Positions 53,077 through 63,873 of a DNA stretch of 64,000 bases are shown piece after piece. The DNA is from Nanobdellati archaeon (lineage in GTDB: Archaea > EX4484-52 > GLR71): contig JAHYJO010000001.1 of assembly GCA_019429125.1 (NCBI GenBank), forward strand, positions 90,065 to 154,064, given 5' to 3'. The number at the start of each line of letters is the position of its first letter. Position 1 is the stretch's first letter. Both the position numbers and the translations under genes were made by a program. The notes beneath the pieces are model-generated. The model ran no database searches. It saw only the letters and a program-made list of their open reading frames with translations, and was not told the DNA's origin.

Positions 53077-53697
53077 ATGAAATATTTGTATATTGTCTTT
53101 TTTTGTGTTCTTATTCTTTTTGTGTCTGGGGTGTATGTAGTAAATTTGGATGTTGATGCTGGTGTTCTTCCGGGTGAGGTATTTTATGCTTTTGATTTGT
53201 TTTTTGAAAGGATTCATCTTTTATTTACTTTTGGTTCTAAAAATAAGGCGGAGGTTCTGTTATCATTTGCAAAAGAGAGAGAATCTGAATTAGATGCTCT
53301 TGATTCTGATAAGATTGATAGATTTGCAGAGAGTCTTATAAGTAAACGAGATAATTATATTATGATGGCTAGAAATAAATTAGAAACATCTGATATTGAT
53401 AGTGTTTCTCGACAAAATATTTTGTGGGAGATTGATAAAATAGTTGGTTCGAAAATATTTGACAGTGATGAAGTTATAGTAGTTGATGACAATGTTGTAT
53501 TGGTTGATGAAAATAATAGTGTTTTTGTTGAACAAGAAGAAGAACAAGAAATGGTTAAATCTATAATCATGCTTTCAGAGTTGCAGGAGACTGCATGTTA
53601 TGCTGCTGAAACTGGTAATACTTGTGATACAAGATTAGTTGATCTTGGTCTTGTGACAAAAGATAACTGTTGTATAGTTTTGGGTGTATGTTGTTAA
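53077..53697 (+). CDS. DUF5667-domain protein with a C-terminal CC-x5-CC motif
   Basis: AGVLPGEVFYAFDLFFERIHLLFTF..KAEVLLSFAKERESE; ends CCIVLGVCC (track start 53029). Confidence 0.72.
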   Translation: MKYLYIVFFCVLILFVSGVYVVNLDVDAGVLPGEVFYAFDLFFERIHLLFTFGSKNKAEVLLSFAKERESELDALDSDKIDRFAESLISKRDNYIMMARNKLETSDIDSVSRQNILWEIDKIVGSKIFDSDEVIVVDDNVVLVDENNSVFVEQEEEQEMVKSIIMLSELQETACYAAETGNTCDTRLVDLGLVTKDNCCIVLGVCC

Positions 53698-53722
53698 TTT
53701 GGTGAGATTATAAGATTATTGT

Positions 53723-54733
53723 GTGTGTATGAAATTTAAAAATTTGTTTATGATATCATTAGCATTTTCATTTCTTTTAGTCATGACTCCAGCTTTTTCG
53801 GAACTTAATTGTACTGTATCAAATACTCAAAGTTTTAGTACTTTGGTATATAAGATGTCAAGTCTTTCTAATGCGCATGCAGAATTGTATACTGGTTCAA
53901 ATTATTTGTATAATGTTTCTTGTCAGGATGTGACTAGTGATGGTGTACTGACTGGTATTAACTTAAACAATAACTGTGATGATGCGCATTTCCTTAATAT
54001 TTCGTCAGTGACTAATGCTCATGTGGAAAATAGTACGGTGGGTAATTATCCAGAAGGCATTTGTCTTTCTTCAACTTCTGCAGATATAATATACAGTTAT
54101 GAAACACAACCTTGTTCGGTTGCAGGGTATCAGACGTGTCTTGGAACATTTAGTTCTGATACTAATGCACATATCGCAGATTGTGTGACAGCACCTTATA
54201 GTAATTATATTTGCGCTAATTTGACTTATGATTTTACTTGTAATTATGGTGTGTCAGATTTGGACGGTAATTGCAGTCTTGCGTGTGGTGCTGATACTCA
54301 GTGTGATGGTAGGGCTCCGGGGTATAAAACGGATAGCTGTAATGGGGTAGGGGAGACTTATTTTATTGATATTTGTAATAGCACTTGTCAGTTTGTGGAT
54401 GATTCTGCTAAAGTCTGTAACAGTACGGGTTCTGGCTGTAATGGTGGTAGTTTAGCTTGTGATGGTTATTCTGCAGGGCAATGTCTACCGAGTGGAACTG
54501 AATATTGTGATAATTCGTGTACTAATGAAACTGCAGTAGGTATGTGTATAACTAATCAGGCTATGCGGAAGGCACTTGTACAGTATACGGTGGACCCTTA
54601 TAATAGAAAACTTGATATGGTTGCTATGAAATGTCTTATAAATATGTATCTCGGTGCAACTTGCAGTGATCCTAAATCACAAGATTATATAGATATTGCT
54701 AATGCAATTTCAGATTCAATTTTACCTAATTGA
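53723..54733 (+). CDS. Secreted Cys-rich protein with three SSxxNAH repeats
   Basis: SSLSNAHAE, SSVTNAHVE, SSDTNAHIA; many Cys residues; signal peptide. Confidence 0.7.
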   Translation: MCMKFKNLFMISLAFSFLLVMTPAFSELNCTVSNTQSFSTLVYKMSSLSNAHAELYTGSNYLYNVSCQDVTSDGVLTGINLNNNCDDAHFLNISSVTNAHVENSTVGNYPEGICLSSTSADIIYSYETQPCSVAGYQTCLGTFSSDTNAHIADCVTAPYSNYICANLTYDFTCNYGVSDLDGNCSLACGADTQCDGRAPGYKTDSCNGVGETYFIDICNSTCQFVDDSAKVCNSTGSGCNGGSLACDGYSAGQCLPSGTEYCDNSCTNETAVGMCITNQAMRKALVQYTVDPYNRKLDMVAMKCLINMYLGATCSDPKSQDYIDIANAISDSILPN

Positions 54734-54763
54734 TTTTTATTTCTTTTTGCATATATTTTAATC

Positions 54764-55522
54764 ATGATTCTTAAAGTTGCATATGTAGGCAAGGATTTTT
54801 GTGGGTCACAGATACAGGTTAAAGGAAGGACTGTTGAAGGTGAAGTAATATCTGCTCTTGAACGGCTTGATTTTATTGATGAGGATGCACCAAGGTTTAG
54901 GATTATTAGCCGGACTGATAAAGGTGTTTCGGCATGCTGCAATCTTGCAAGACTTGAATCTAAAAAAAATATTGATATTGAACGGTTGAATCATGAATTA
55001 CCAACAGATGTCTTTATTCTTGGTAAGAGTGAAGGCATGTTACATTTACCTGTCAAGAAACATTATGTATATATTGTTGATGCTTCAACTGCAAAGAAGA
55101 TTGAGGTCAGTAAACTTAGCTATGTTGCAACTATTTTTTCTGGTAAACATGATTTTTCTAATTTTGCGAGGATTGAAAAAGACAATGGAAAAACAACATT
55201 TAGAGAGATTGAGGTTACAGTTGAAGCTTTTGGGAATTTGGTATTGATTCACTTTTATGGTACTGGTTTTTTATGGCAGATGATACGGCGTATTGTAAGA
55301 TGTATGTATGATTTTTCATTTGGTAAAATAAATGATTCATATATTTTAGGACTTTTGGATTGTAACATATCTAAAAATTATTCTGCAGCAGATGCTTGCA
55401 ATCTTATCCTTGTTGATATTGATTGTGGACTAAAGTTTGACTCTGAATCTTATGTAAGGAAATATATAGATCAAAAAATGGGCTTGCTGGAGAGAGAGAT
55501 GTTCTTTTTTAGTCAACTATAA
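54764..55522 (+). CDS. truA: tRNA pseudouridine(38-40) synthase
   Basis: AYVGKDFCGSQIQ..TVEG, SRTDKGVSA, GKHDFSNF, FLWQMIRRIV. Confidence 0.93.
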   Translation: MILKVAYVGKDFCGSQIQVKGRTVEGEVISALERLDFIDEDAPRFRIISRTDKGVSACCNLARLESKKNIDIERLNHELPTDVFILGKSEGMLHLPVKKHYVYIVDASTAKKIEVSKLSYVATIFSGKHDFSNFARIEKDNGKTTFREIEVTVEAFGNLVLIHFYGTGFLWQMIRRIVRCMYDFSFGKINDSYILGLLDCNISKNYSAADACNLILVDIDCGLKFDSESYVRKYIDQKMGLLEREMFFFSQL

Positions 55523-58500
55523 ATCTCTCTTTCTCCAGCTTTTTTGCGAGGTATGCTACCTCATTATGAGCTACTTCTTTGATATCTTGCGATATCCTTT
55601 GTTCTGTTTTATTTATTGTATCTAAGACTTGTTTGGGCAAAGTCGTTAGTACTTTTTCTGCTTGTTCAAAGTTGTACATTGTGTTTGCTTGTGCTATATA
55701 GGGGGGGTTCATAGGGTTAGTTGTTTCAATCGGTTTGAAACTATAATTTCTGGATGATTGTCTAGTTTTTGTTTTTACAAAAATTCCAGCAACTATAGTT
55801 AGAGCTGCAAGAATCATTAGCCACCAGTAATCCAGTATGCTTTTTTTTGTTGTTATTTCAGTCGTATTGTCAGATTGTGCTTTATTTTTGTATATGATAT
55901 CTGTTGCGAATATTTTTGGTTTTGAAAAATATATGATATCTTTTGGATTTATGTATCTGTCTGTTTTATATTCTGTGCGTATGTATGTATTAGGTTCTAA
56001 TCTTGGATAGATTATAAGATATGAATTTGTAGTTTTATCAATTATTATTTTTGCTGAAGTGTCTGTAAATAAAATATTGTCAGTTGTTATAATTTCAGTC
56101 GGTAATGTTTCATAAATTGCAAAATTGCTCAATACCTCATTTCCTGTGTAATGTGTGTTTATTCCAATAATCTCATTTCCGTTTTCATTAAGTGTTATGT
56201 CTCTTGTAATTTCTATGTATTTACCTATTTTTTCTGTATCTTGTGATATACTTAAAATGTCTGTTTCTGATAATTTTCCGAAGTATTTTTCAAGAAGACT
56301 ATATATATTTAAATTATTATTTATTATTTTTTTAATTTCTATGTTATTGTCATTATAAGTATAAGTTATGTCTGTAATATCTTTAAGATAATTATCATTT
56401 GAGTCAGTATCTGTAGTATTGTATGTATTGTTTTTTGTAGGTGTTATTGTGGTTGGTGCACTAAAACCTGCCGACGGTGAATCTCTTGAACTGCTACTAC
56501 TACAAGTTGTGCAGAGGGGTGTAAGTGAGATTTGTGTTATGTTATTGTAGGTTTCACCTACTGTTATATTGAATTCTATTGTGGTTGTTGTAATAAAACC
56601 TGTTTTTGAGATAATAAGATGTAATGTTTCATTGTATGCTGTTGCGTTGACTTGCAACATTACACGGCCTTGTGCATCTGTGATACTGTTTGTAAGCAGA
56701 GTTGTTGCGTTCCAATAAAGTGTTGTTTGTGCGCCAGATATTGGTGTTGTTTCCGATAATATTGTGATATTTATGTATGCCATGTCATTTTGCTTTAGGT
56801 ATATGTCTTGTTCTGTATTGAAATCGGTTGCAGTTGTATTGAAAGTGGTTTCATTGTCTGAAGTATAGTTAATGCTACTTGCGTTGATTCTGTATATACT
56901 ATCATAGAGGTCTGTGAAATTAGCGATACTATTTGTTGTGATTATTGTGTTTGGATCTCCAGTTTTGTTTAATGTTAATCCTGTGTTATTTGTAAGGCTT
57001 ACAGTTATTGTGTTGTTTGTAATTTGTGTTTTTGAAGTATTGTATATATCTTTTAAGTCGTAAGCGTTTACAGTTATATTTATTATTCTCTCAATTGCCG
57101 TGACTTCAATATATGTTGTGTTTCCTATTGTTTGTGTGATTGTGATTTTTTGTGGTATAAAGTAGTTGTTGTCTGTGAATTCTGTAGTGTTTGTGAAAGT
57201 TATATTGTAATTTCCTTTAAGTATCTGTGTCTTGTTAAACCATCCGTTTGTGTCTGTCTGTCCAGTGAATGATGTTGGTCCATTGACTGTTATGCTTATA
57301 TTTTCAAGGTTGTCTCCAGTCTGGTTTATTACTCTAATTGAAATCCTGCTTTCGTTAAGTGTTACAGGTGTCTGTATTGTTGTTCCTGCGTTTATGTCAT
57401 CAATATCTATATTTATTGGAGACCCTATGAAATAATCACTTTCAAATGTGATTATGTAATTGCCTGAAATAATTTTGCTGAAGGTTGCAGTATCATTTTC
57501 AATCGATATTGAACTTGGTGTATTTCCTGTCAATGTTACAGTTGTGTTGTGTACTGAGTTTCCTAGATTGCTTGTAAGACTTAGATTTATTTTGGTTGTT
57601 TTTATTGTAAGTGTTATAGGGTTATATCCTGCAGTAATTATTATGTTTTCATTTATGTTACCATAACCTAATGTTGTTCCATCTGCAATGATTTTATAGG
57701 CACCAATCTTTGTGGTATTTCCATCTATGAAAAAATTAACTCGTCCATTTTCATTTGTGTAGTCTTCTATAATATCTCCAAATGCAATTGATTCTATTGT
57801 GATTGCTGCAGTTTCAATCTCTGCGTTGTAATCATCAAGTATATACATATTTAAAATGGCTTGGTGTGTTCCTAAAAGATAATAATCTTCGTTTAGGTGT
57901 GGTTCTGTATAAGCTTGAGTTTCATTATACAATATGTTTGATTCATTATCTGAAAAGGATAATATGTATGGTTTATAGTGTGGATTGACTTTAAAACTAT
58001 ATATTCCATTTTCATCTGTGGTGGTCCTATATATTTCATCTCGTGAATTATCTAAATATATCACAAGAATATTACTTGAGATGATTCCTCCATCAAAATT
58101 AAATATAGTTCCATTGACTTTTGAGTTTCCTGAAAGGCTAATGTCTGTAGTTATTATTGATGGTGTTTTAGTCATAATTGTTTTTACAGTATTTGTATTA
58201 TATCCAGTTTGTGTGGTTCTTATTTTGTAGGTTAAAGGACTATCAAGATTTGTGGCACCTTGGAGGATAGGGCTGACATTAATACTATAGTTTCCGTTTT
58301 CATCACTATATGTTGTGTATCTTACAGTTTCTGTACCGTCTATTATGAATTCAACAAAAGCGTTTGTAATATTTTTGAAAGCAGATTGTGTGTTTACAAA
58401 GAAAAGGTCTGTGATGTGTCCTATGAGGTTTATTATACCATTTATTGTTATGTTTGTTCTATTGTTAGTACTATAACCCGGATATATGTTTTGGTCATAT

Positions 58501-61500
58501 ACTATTTGGTCATAATAAGTACCTATCATGCCCATCTGACCGTTATCATAACTATCATAGGTCTTGTATCCTGCAGTTGTAATTCTTATGAAATATCCTT
58601 CATCTACTGCATTATTTATAGGACTACCATCTATAGGGATTACAATAATTCCATCACTATTTGTTGTTCCTTTTGAAAATACAAGTTTTCCAATTGATAT
58701 TTTTGTTTTTGTGATACCATAACCTTTGCTTTCACCATCTATTAGTACATCATATACTCCTGATGGCAGGTTTGAGATGACTATTATACCATTTGCATCT
58801 GTTGTTTTGTTATCTGTTGCTTCATAATTATACCAGTAGGAATCGCTGTAATCATATCCTGTTGCATATATCTTAACAGTTATGTTTTCAACAGGTCCTG
58901 CAAGACCTGTTGTGTTTATTATAAGGTCATATGTGTCATTTTCAAGGATACTGTTGTAATATGTTCCTTTTAAAGAGGGGATTATTGTGTTGTTTGGATC
59001 TAAATGGATATATTTGTGTTCTCCTGCTGAAATTGTTATTAGTGTGGAATTGTAGACTATTGTTCCACTGACATTTTTTGTAATTGATATGTTGTATGTG
59101 CCGGGTATTATCCATTTTAATGTCACTGTTCCGTCTGCTACAGTTGTGCCATTTACTCTTAGACCTTTTCCATTATTGACAAAACCTCCAGAAAGATCGA
59201 GTAGGGTTACATTTGCATCTATTACAGGTGCACTTATTGCATCCGTAACATTCACAAGAATCTGCGTGATGTTTAACATTGTTGTGTTTGGACCGTTTGT
59301 ACCATTAAATATTGTGTAGTTTGTTTGGGTTATGCCGTATCCTTGTGCACTTCCATTTGCAGTCATGGTTATGTTTTGACCTGGTGATGCTTCATATTGC
59401 ATTTTTCTGAAAGTTATGTTGTTGTTTGAAGTGTTTGTTTCGCCTATAAGGTTGTCTCCCAAAGCATCATCATAGATTAGTGTAGGGTAAGTTTCCCAAA
59501 GAATTACATCAATTCCTCCACTAACTGCTGAACCTTCTTCATCTATTACTTCTATCTTGAATGTATTTTCTTCAAGTAGGATTTCTATTATTATAGATCC
59601 TGTAACATTTATTGATACTGTTGTTGCATTGTATCCTACATCAGTCCCATTTATAGTTATTGTATATGTTTTGTTCTCAAGGTTTCGGAATTGTGCGGTG
59701 CCGTTATTATCTGTGTTTTTTGATGAAGGTATTTCTTCAATAGTCACATTTATATTTTCTGCAGCTGCGTTATCATAACTGCTGTTGACTTGTATATTAA
59801 GTCTGTATTCTTCAAGGACTGCGTTTTCTGTGTTCTGTGAGCCACCGTATATGTTTATTTGTTTTTCTGTGTAGTTGTATCCAAGACTTGTACCGTTGAT
59901 TGTAAGGTTGTAGAGACCTGGTGGGAATGTTTGGTTCTCTAAGATTATTGTTCCTGTGCTGTTTGTGTATCCTGTGAAGTTTGCAGCACCGTCGGTCTTA
60001 TTTAGGCTTACATAAATGTTTGCAAGGAGTGTGCTGTATGTGTCTATTACATTTACAGTCATTCGTGTTGTGTCAAGATTTATTAGCATGTTATTGTCTG
60101 AATCCATTGATAGTATGATTGTCTGGTTGTAGAAATCATGTGAGGTTTCATTGATTGTTATGTTGTATGTGGACTGGTTGAATCTTGTAAATGTAACGAT
60201 TCCATCTGTGTCTGTGAGTGCGTTAAGGGAGTTTCCTAGATAATCTCTAAGTATTGTTCCTGTTGTTGGATCTGTAAGTGATACATTTGCATTTTGAAGA
60301 ATGCCTAAATCATCTGTAATATTTATTGTCAAATTAGTTGCATTCAATGTGAATGTGTAAGTTGTGTTATTGTTTGGGTATGCGTAAATATCTGCGTGAC
60401 TTTGGTTCTGATAACCCTTATCAATTGCGTTGATTGTTAGATTCCATACAGATTCAATGTTTGTGAAGTTTGCCCAACCACCAGTTGTGCTGATTTGGTA
60501 TGTGTCTGTGCTGTTTGTTATGTTTATTATTGTGTTATCTATTGGAGTTCCAGTTTCATTTATTATGTAGATGCTTATGTTTCCAGGTCTTGGTTGTAAG
60601 GTTATGTTACACCAGTTAATTTCACCAGGTATTGTTACATTACACTGGACAGTATTAGTGTAATGGTTGCTCTCGTTTACTGTTGTGTTGTAGTTTCCTA
60701 ATGCGATATAAACTGCATCATAATATAGACCTGTGAAACTTTGCATTGTTATGTTTGCGCCTGTTGAATTTTCGTAAGTAACATTTGCAGGGTAGATTGT
60801 CTGTGATAATGGGTTTGTTAGATTAATCATTAATATTGTCGTGTTTAATAGGATTGTAGTGTTGTATGCAGTACCTCCTTGTGTTATGTCTATTGAAGTT
60901 GTTTGTGTGCGGCAACCATATATTGATCCGTTTGCTTCAACATTGTAGGTGTCAATTGGTACTGCTGCAAATGTTGTGGCTCCCGATATTGTGTTTTGTG
61001 AGTTTGAATATGAACTACCAGTAATTGTAACATTTATGTTGTTAAGTAACATTCCTGAACAGTTGACAGTTACTTCAAGTGTTGTTTCGTTAAGTTGTTG
61101 TAGATAATAGGTTTGATTGAAATAATGGTATGCTTGAAGTTGTGCGTTCTCTATTGGTAGATTGTTTTCGGCATCTGTTATTTTGGTTTCATATTTTGCA
61201 ATCAATCTGTATTCTTTTTCAAAGGTTATATTGTCAGTGTTTATAATTTCATAGATCGGTAAGTAATTGTTGTGATAAACTGCAATATAATATGTATCTT
61301 CTGAATTGACAAATATATTTTTCGTACCATCAAGGGTTGCGATATTGTCATATTTTATGTTTCCTGAAGTAAAAAGACGTACGTTTACAAGACTTATTGA
61401 TTGATTACTGAAATTGTTGGTTGTAGTAATTGTCATGTTTAAACTGCCTTTAAGATTTATGTCTTTTGAGGAATAACTTCCCGAGCTCTCTCCAATATAG

Positions 61501-63446
61501 GTTTGGGTATCATATCCTGCTTTTGAGACAGTTATGTTGTAATTATCTATTGCCATATCTATTGAATATGTACTTTCTGTGGATGTAATTTGGTATTGTG
61601 TTCCTGAAATGTCGGCAAAACTTATTGTTGAGCCTAAAGTTATGTTTTTATTTACTGCGTAATTGCTCGCATCAAGGATGTGACCATCTATGTGTGTAGT
61701 TCCTTGTAGATATAGTGTATTGTTTGGCAGTTCACTTGCTGATAAATTTTGTTCTATTGGATTGTAATGGTTTTTGTTTAATGATAAGGTGTAGTTGATG
61801 TTTGATGGTATGTTGATAGAATAATCGCCATTGATGTCAGTTTTAGTTGTATATAATGATGTGTGTGTTGTCTGGTTTAAGATGTTTACTATTACATTTT
61901 CTATTCTTGCGCCGGCTGTTCTTCTTGAACCTTCTTTGTCTTCAACAGAACCAATTATGTGGTGCGCACCTGTTAGATTAATTATGCCATAATTACCGTT
62001 TGCGTGTGGAGTAGGAGATATGCCGGTGTATCCTGATTTTGCAATATCTATTGAAAATTCAATATTGTCTTTTATATCCATATCAAAAATACCGTTTGAA
62101 TCAGTTGTTGTGTTGTAACGGTTTCCGTCATTAAGGTTTATTATAACAGTTACATCTTCTAGATTTAGATTATTTTCTGCATCAATTACTGTTCCATTTA
62201 TTTTTTGTGAGCCGTCAACACATACCGAAATATCTTGTTGTGTATTTGCAAGAGTTATTGCGTTGTATTGTGTTCCGTTTATAGTTATATTGTAACCATC
62301 ATATCCTGTTGTTGTATTTTTTACAAATATGCTGAAGTTTCCGTTGTCTGTATGTGTGTAATAATTAAAGCCGTTACCAGATTTATCTGTTATGTATATG
62401 TCTAAGGATATATTTTGTTCGTTGTTGTTGCAGTCTGTTATGCTTCCGTTTATATATAATATGCCCTTCATGTTTAGATTTAGGTTTAGTTGAGGGTTAT
62501 GCCAACCTCCATTTGTGTTTGGATTACCGTTGTAGTTTATTGTTTGGGTCCAATCTTTGTGTTTTGCGCTAATGTCATAATTATTGTTGTCAGTTGGTGG
62601 CGTAATTAGATTTGATGGTATGTATAAAATGTATATTCCTTCTGAGTTTGTTGTTGTTGTGTAATTGTATATTCCTTCAAAACTTAGGTTTTCTCCTGAA
62701 TAAGGATTGGAGTCATGCTCGTATAGTTCTATAATAGCACCTTCAATATTTTTGTTGTTGTAAAAGTCTGTTACTTTCCCTGAGATAATACTGCTACCTT
62801 GCAATTGTTTTGTATAGTCTCTATTTTTTCCTTCTTCAGTGGATTCATTAAAAGTTGTAAGGGTTTCATTCCAGTTGTTATAATCATTGGATTCTATTGT
62901 GATTTTATATGTCCCTGGATTGTCAACCATAACTATAATTGTTCCATCTTGTTTTGTTTTACATATATTATTTGGGCAAATATATTCAGTTTGGCTTCTT
63001 TTTGTGTTATCACTTGTCTTATATAATGTAATGATTGCATCTGGAATGGGTCTACCGTTTGTTGTATCTGTTAATGTTATATTAAGAGAACTACTCCCTA
63101 AAGGATATAATTTTAATGTTAAGTTTGTTCCATTTTCAAAACATTGTGTGTTATTTTTGAATTGTTTTTCATAATATGCAGAATTTCCGCTTGCGTTAAT
63201 TAGGTATTGACCCCATGTGTTGTTGTATTCAATCTTGAAAGTTCCATTTGTATAAGTTGTGGTTGAGTTTAAGATTTGTGATTGGTTTGTGCAGTTGACT
63301 ATGTCTATTGTGACATTTCCTATAGGATTGCCAGTCTCTATACTGATTACTGTTCCTTCTATGTAATTTGATGCGGCAAATATGTAGGGGATTATTATTG
63401 CTAGTGCAATTATTGTAAGAATTGTGAAGGCTATGTTTTTTTTCAT
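55509..63446 (-). CDS. Giant (2645 aa) surface protein of tandem carboxypeptidase-regulatory/prealbumin-like beta-sandwich repeats with a C-terminal TM helix
   Basis: Signal peptide; many G.V.D...I.NA.V...TTD.NG...GTYNIT..K.GY units; WWLMILAALTIVAGIFVK anchor. Confidence 0.85.
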   Translation of the reverse strand: MKKNIAFTILTIIALAIIIPYIFAASNYIEGTVISIETGNPIGNVTIDIVNCTNQSQILNSTTTYTNGTFKIEYNNTWGQYLINASGNSAYYEKQFKNNTQCFENGTNLTLKLYPLGSSSLNITLTDTTNGRPIPDAIITLYKTSDNTKRSQTEYICPNNICKTKQDGTIIVMVDNPGTYKITIESNDYNNWNETLTTFNESTEEGKNRDYTKQLQGSSIISGKVTDFYNNKNIEGAIIELYEHDSNPYSGENLSFEGIYNYTTTTNSEGIYILYIPSNLITPPTDNNNYDISAKHKDWTQTINYNGNPNTNGGWHNPQLNLNLNMKGILYINGSITDCNNNEQNISLDIYITDKSGNGFNYYTHTDNGNFSIFVKNTTTGYDGYNITINGTQYNAITLANTQQDISVCVDGSQKINGTVIDAENNLNLEDVTVIINLNDGNRYNTTTDSNGIFDMDIKDNIEFSIDIAKSGYTGISPTPHANGNYGIINLTGAHHIIGSVEDKEGSRRTAGARIENVIVNILNQTTHTSLYTTKTDINGDYSINIPSNINYTLSLNKNHYNPIEQNLSASELPNNTLYLQGTTHIDGHILDASNYAVNKNITLGSTISFADISGTQYQITSTESTYSIDMAIDNYNITVSKAGYDTQTYIGESSGSYSSKDINLKGSLNMTITTTNNFSNQSISLVNVRLFTSGNIKYDNIATLDGTKNIFVNSEDTYYIAVYHNNYLPIYEIINTDNITFEKEYRLIAKYETKITDAENNLPIENAQLQAYHYFNQTYYLQQLNETTLEVTVNCSGMLLNNINVTITGSSYSNSQNTISGATTFAAVPIDTYNVEANGSIYGCRTQTTSIDITQGGTAYNTTILLNTTILMINLTNPLSQTIYPANVTYENSTGANITMQSFTGLYYDAVYIALGNYNTTVNESNHYTNTVQCNVTIPGEINWCNITLQPRPGNISIYIINETGTPIDNTIINITNSTDTYQISTTGGWANFTNIESVWNLTINAIDKGYQNQSHADIYAYPNNNTTYTFTLNATNLTINITDDLGILQNANVSLTDPTTGTILRDYLGNSLNALTDTDGIVTFTRFNQSTYNITINETSHDFYNQTIILSMDSDNNMLINLDTTRMTVNVIDTYSTLLANIYVSLNKTDGAANFTGYTNSTGTIILENQTFPPGLYNLTINGTSLGYNYTEKQINIYGGSQNTENAVLEEYRLNIQVNSSYDNAAAENINVTIEEIPSSKNTDNNGTAQFRNLENKTYTITINGTDVGYNATTVSINVTGSIIIEILLEENTFKIEVIDEEGSAVSGGIDVILWETYPTLIYDDALGDNLIGETNTSNNNITFRKMQYEASPGQNITMTANGSAQGYGITQTNYTIFNGTNGPNTTMLNITQILVNVTDAISAPVIDANVTLLDLSGGFVNNGKGLRVNGTTVADGTVTLKWIIPGTYNISITKNVSGTIVYNSTLITISAGEHKYIHLDPNNTIIPSLKGTYYNSILENDTYDLIINTTGLAGPVENITVKIYATGYDYSDSYWYNYEATDNKTTDANGIIVISNLPSGVYDVLIDGESKGYGITKTKISIGKLVFSKGTTNSDGIIVIPIDGSPINNAVDEGYFIRITTAGYKTYDSYDNGQMGMIGTYYDQIVYDQNIYPGYSTNNRTNITINGIINLIGHITDLFFVNTQSAFKNITNAFVEFIIDGTETVRYTTYSDENGNYSINVSPILQGATNLDSPLTYKIRTTQTGYNTNTVKTIMTKTPSIITTDISLSGNSKVNGTIFNFDGGIISSNILVIYLDNSRDEIYRTTTDENGIYSFKVNPHYKPYILSFSDNESNILYNETQAYTEPHLNEDYYLLGTHQAILNMYILDDYNAEIETAAITIESIAFGDIIEDYTNENGRVNFFIDGNTTKIGAYKIIADGTTLGYGNINENIIITAGYNPITLTIKTTKINLSLTSNLGNSVHNTTVTLTGNTPSSISIENDTATFSKIISGNYIITFESDYFIGSPINIDIDDINAGTTIQTPVTLNESRISIRVINQTGDNLENISITVNGPTSFTGQTDTNGWFNKTQILKGNYNITFTNTTEFTDNNYFIPQKITITQTIGNTTYIEVTAIERIINITVNAYDLKDIYNTSKTQITNNTITVSLTNNTGLTLNKTGDPNTIITTNSIANFTDLYDSIYRINASSINYTSDNETTFNTTATDFNTEQDIYLKQNDMAYINITILSETTPISGAQTTLYWNATTLLTNSITDAQGRVMLQVNATAYNETLHLIISKTGFITTTTIEFNITVGETYNNITQISLTPLCTTCSSSSSRDSPSAGFSAPTTITPTKNNTYNTTDTDSNDNYLKDITDITYTYNDNNIEIKKIINNNLNIYSLLEKYFGKLSETDILSISQDTEKIGKYIEITRDITLNENGNEIIGINTHYTGNEVLSNFAIYETLPTEIITTDNILFTDTSAKIIIDKTTNSYLIIYPRLEPNTYIRTEYKTDRYINPKDIIYFSKPKIFATDIIYKNKAQSDNTTEITTKKSILDYWWLMILAALTIVAGIFVKTKTRQSSRNYSFKPIETTNPMNPPYIAQANTMYNFEQAEKVLTTLPKQVLDTINKTEQRISQDIKEVAHNEVAYLAKKLEKERFIVD

Positions 63447-63655
63447 TGTTTCTGCACCTCCTTTATTGGTCTATAAACTTTTGCTCTGCCGACATCAATC
63501 ACTTCAAGTTTTCCTGTGAGACGCATGGCTTCTAAAAATCCAGCCAGAAAATCTCGTCGTATTTTTAGGTCTTGTGCGAGTTGAGAAACAGAACACGGCT
63601 TGTCGTTTAGCTTTGAGATTATTTTGGCTTCTGTGTTCAGACCTATTGTCGACAT
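63443..63655 (-). CDS. Small wHTH DNA-binding protein
   Basis: SVSQLAQDLKIRRDFLAGFLEAM..VGRAKVY; ATGA overlap with the giant gene. Confidence 0.8.
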   Translation of the reverse strand: MSTIGLNTEAKIISKLNDKPCSVSQLAQDLKIRRDFLAGFLEAMRLTGKLEVIDVGRAKVYRPIKEVQKQ

Positions 63656-63727
63656 AATAGTATATGATAAGTTGTAGTATATATAGGTTTATGGTGTTAT
63701 ACATAGTGTATTATATATTGTATAATA

Positions 63728-63775
63728 TTTGTAATACTATTTGTAATACTATTTGGTGTACTATTGGGGGTACTA
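63728..63775. repeat. Four 12-bp tandem units ending TACTA, upstream of the wHTH gene
   Basis: tttgtaatacta tttgtaatacta tttggtgtacta ttgggggtacta. Confidence 0.7.
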
Positions 63776-63873
63776 TATTGTAGACAATATAATTTTTTTG
63801 AGGGTTTTGTTTGTGGTATTTTAATGTTTGAAAAATATTTTGTTTTATTTTTTTTTGTATTTTCAGAAATATG

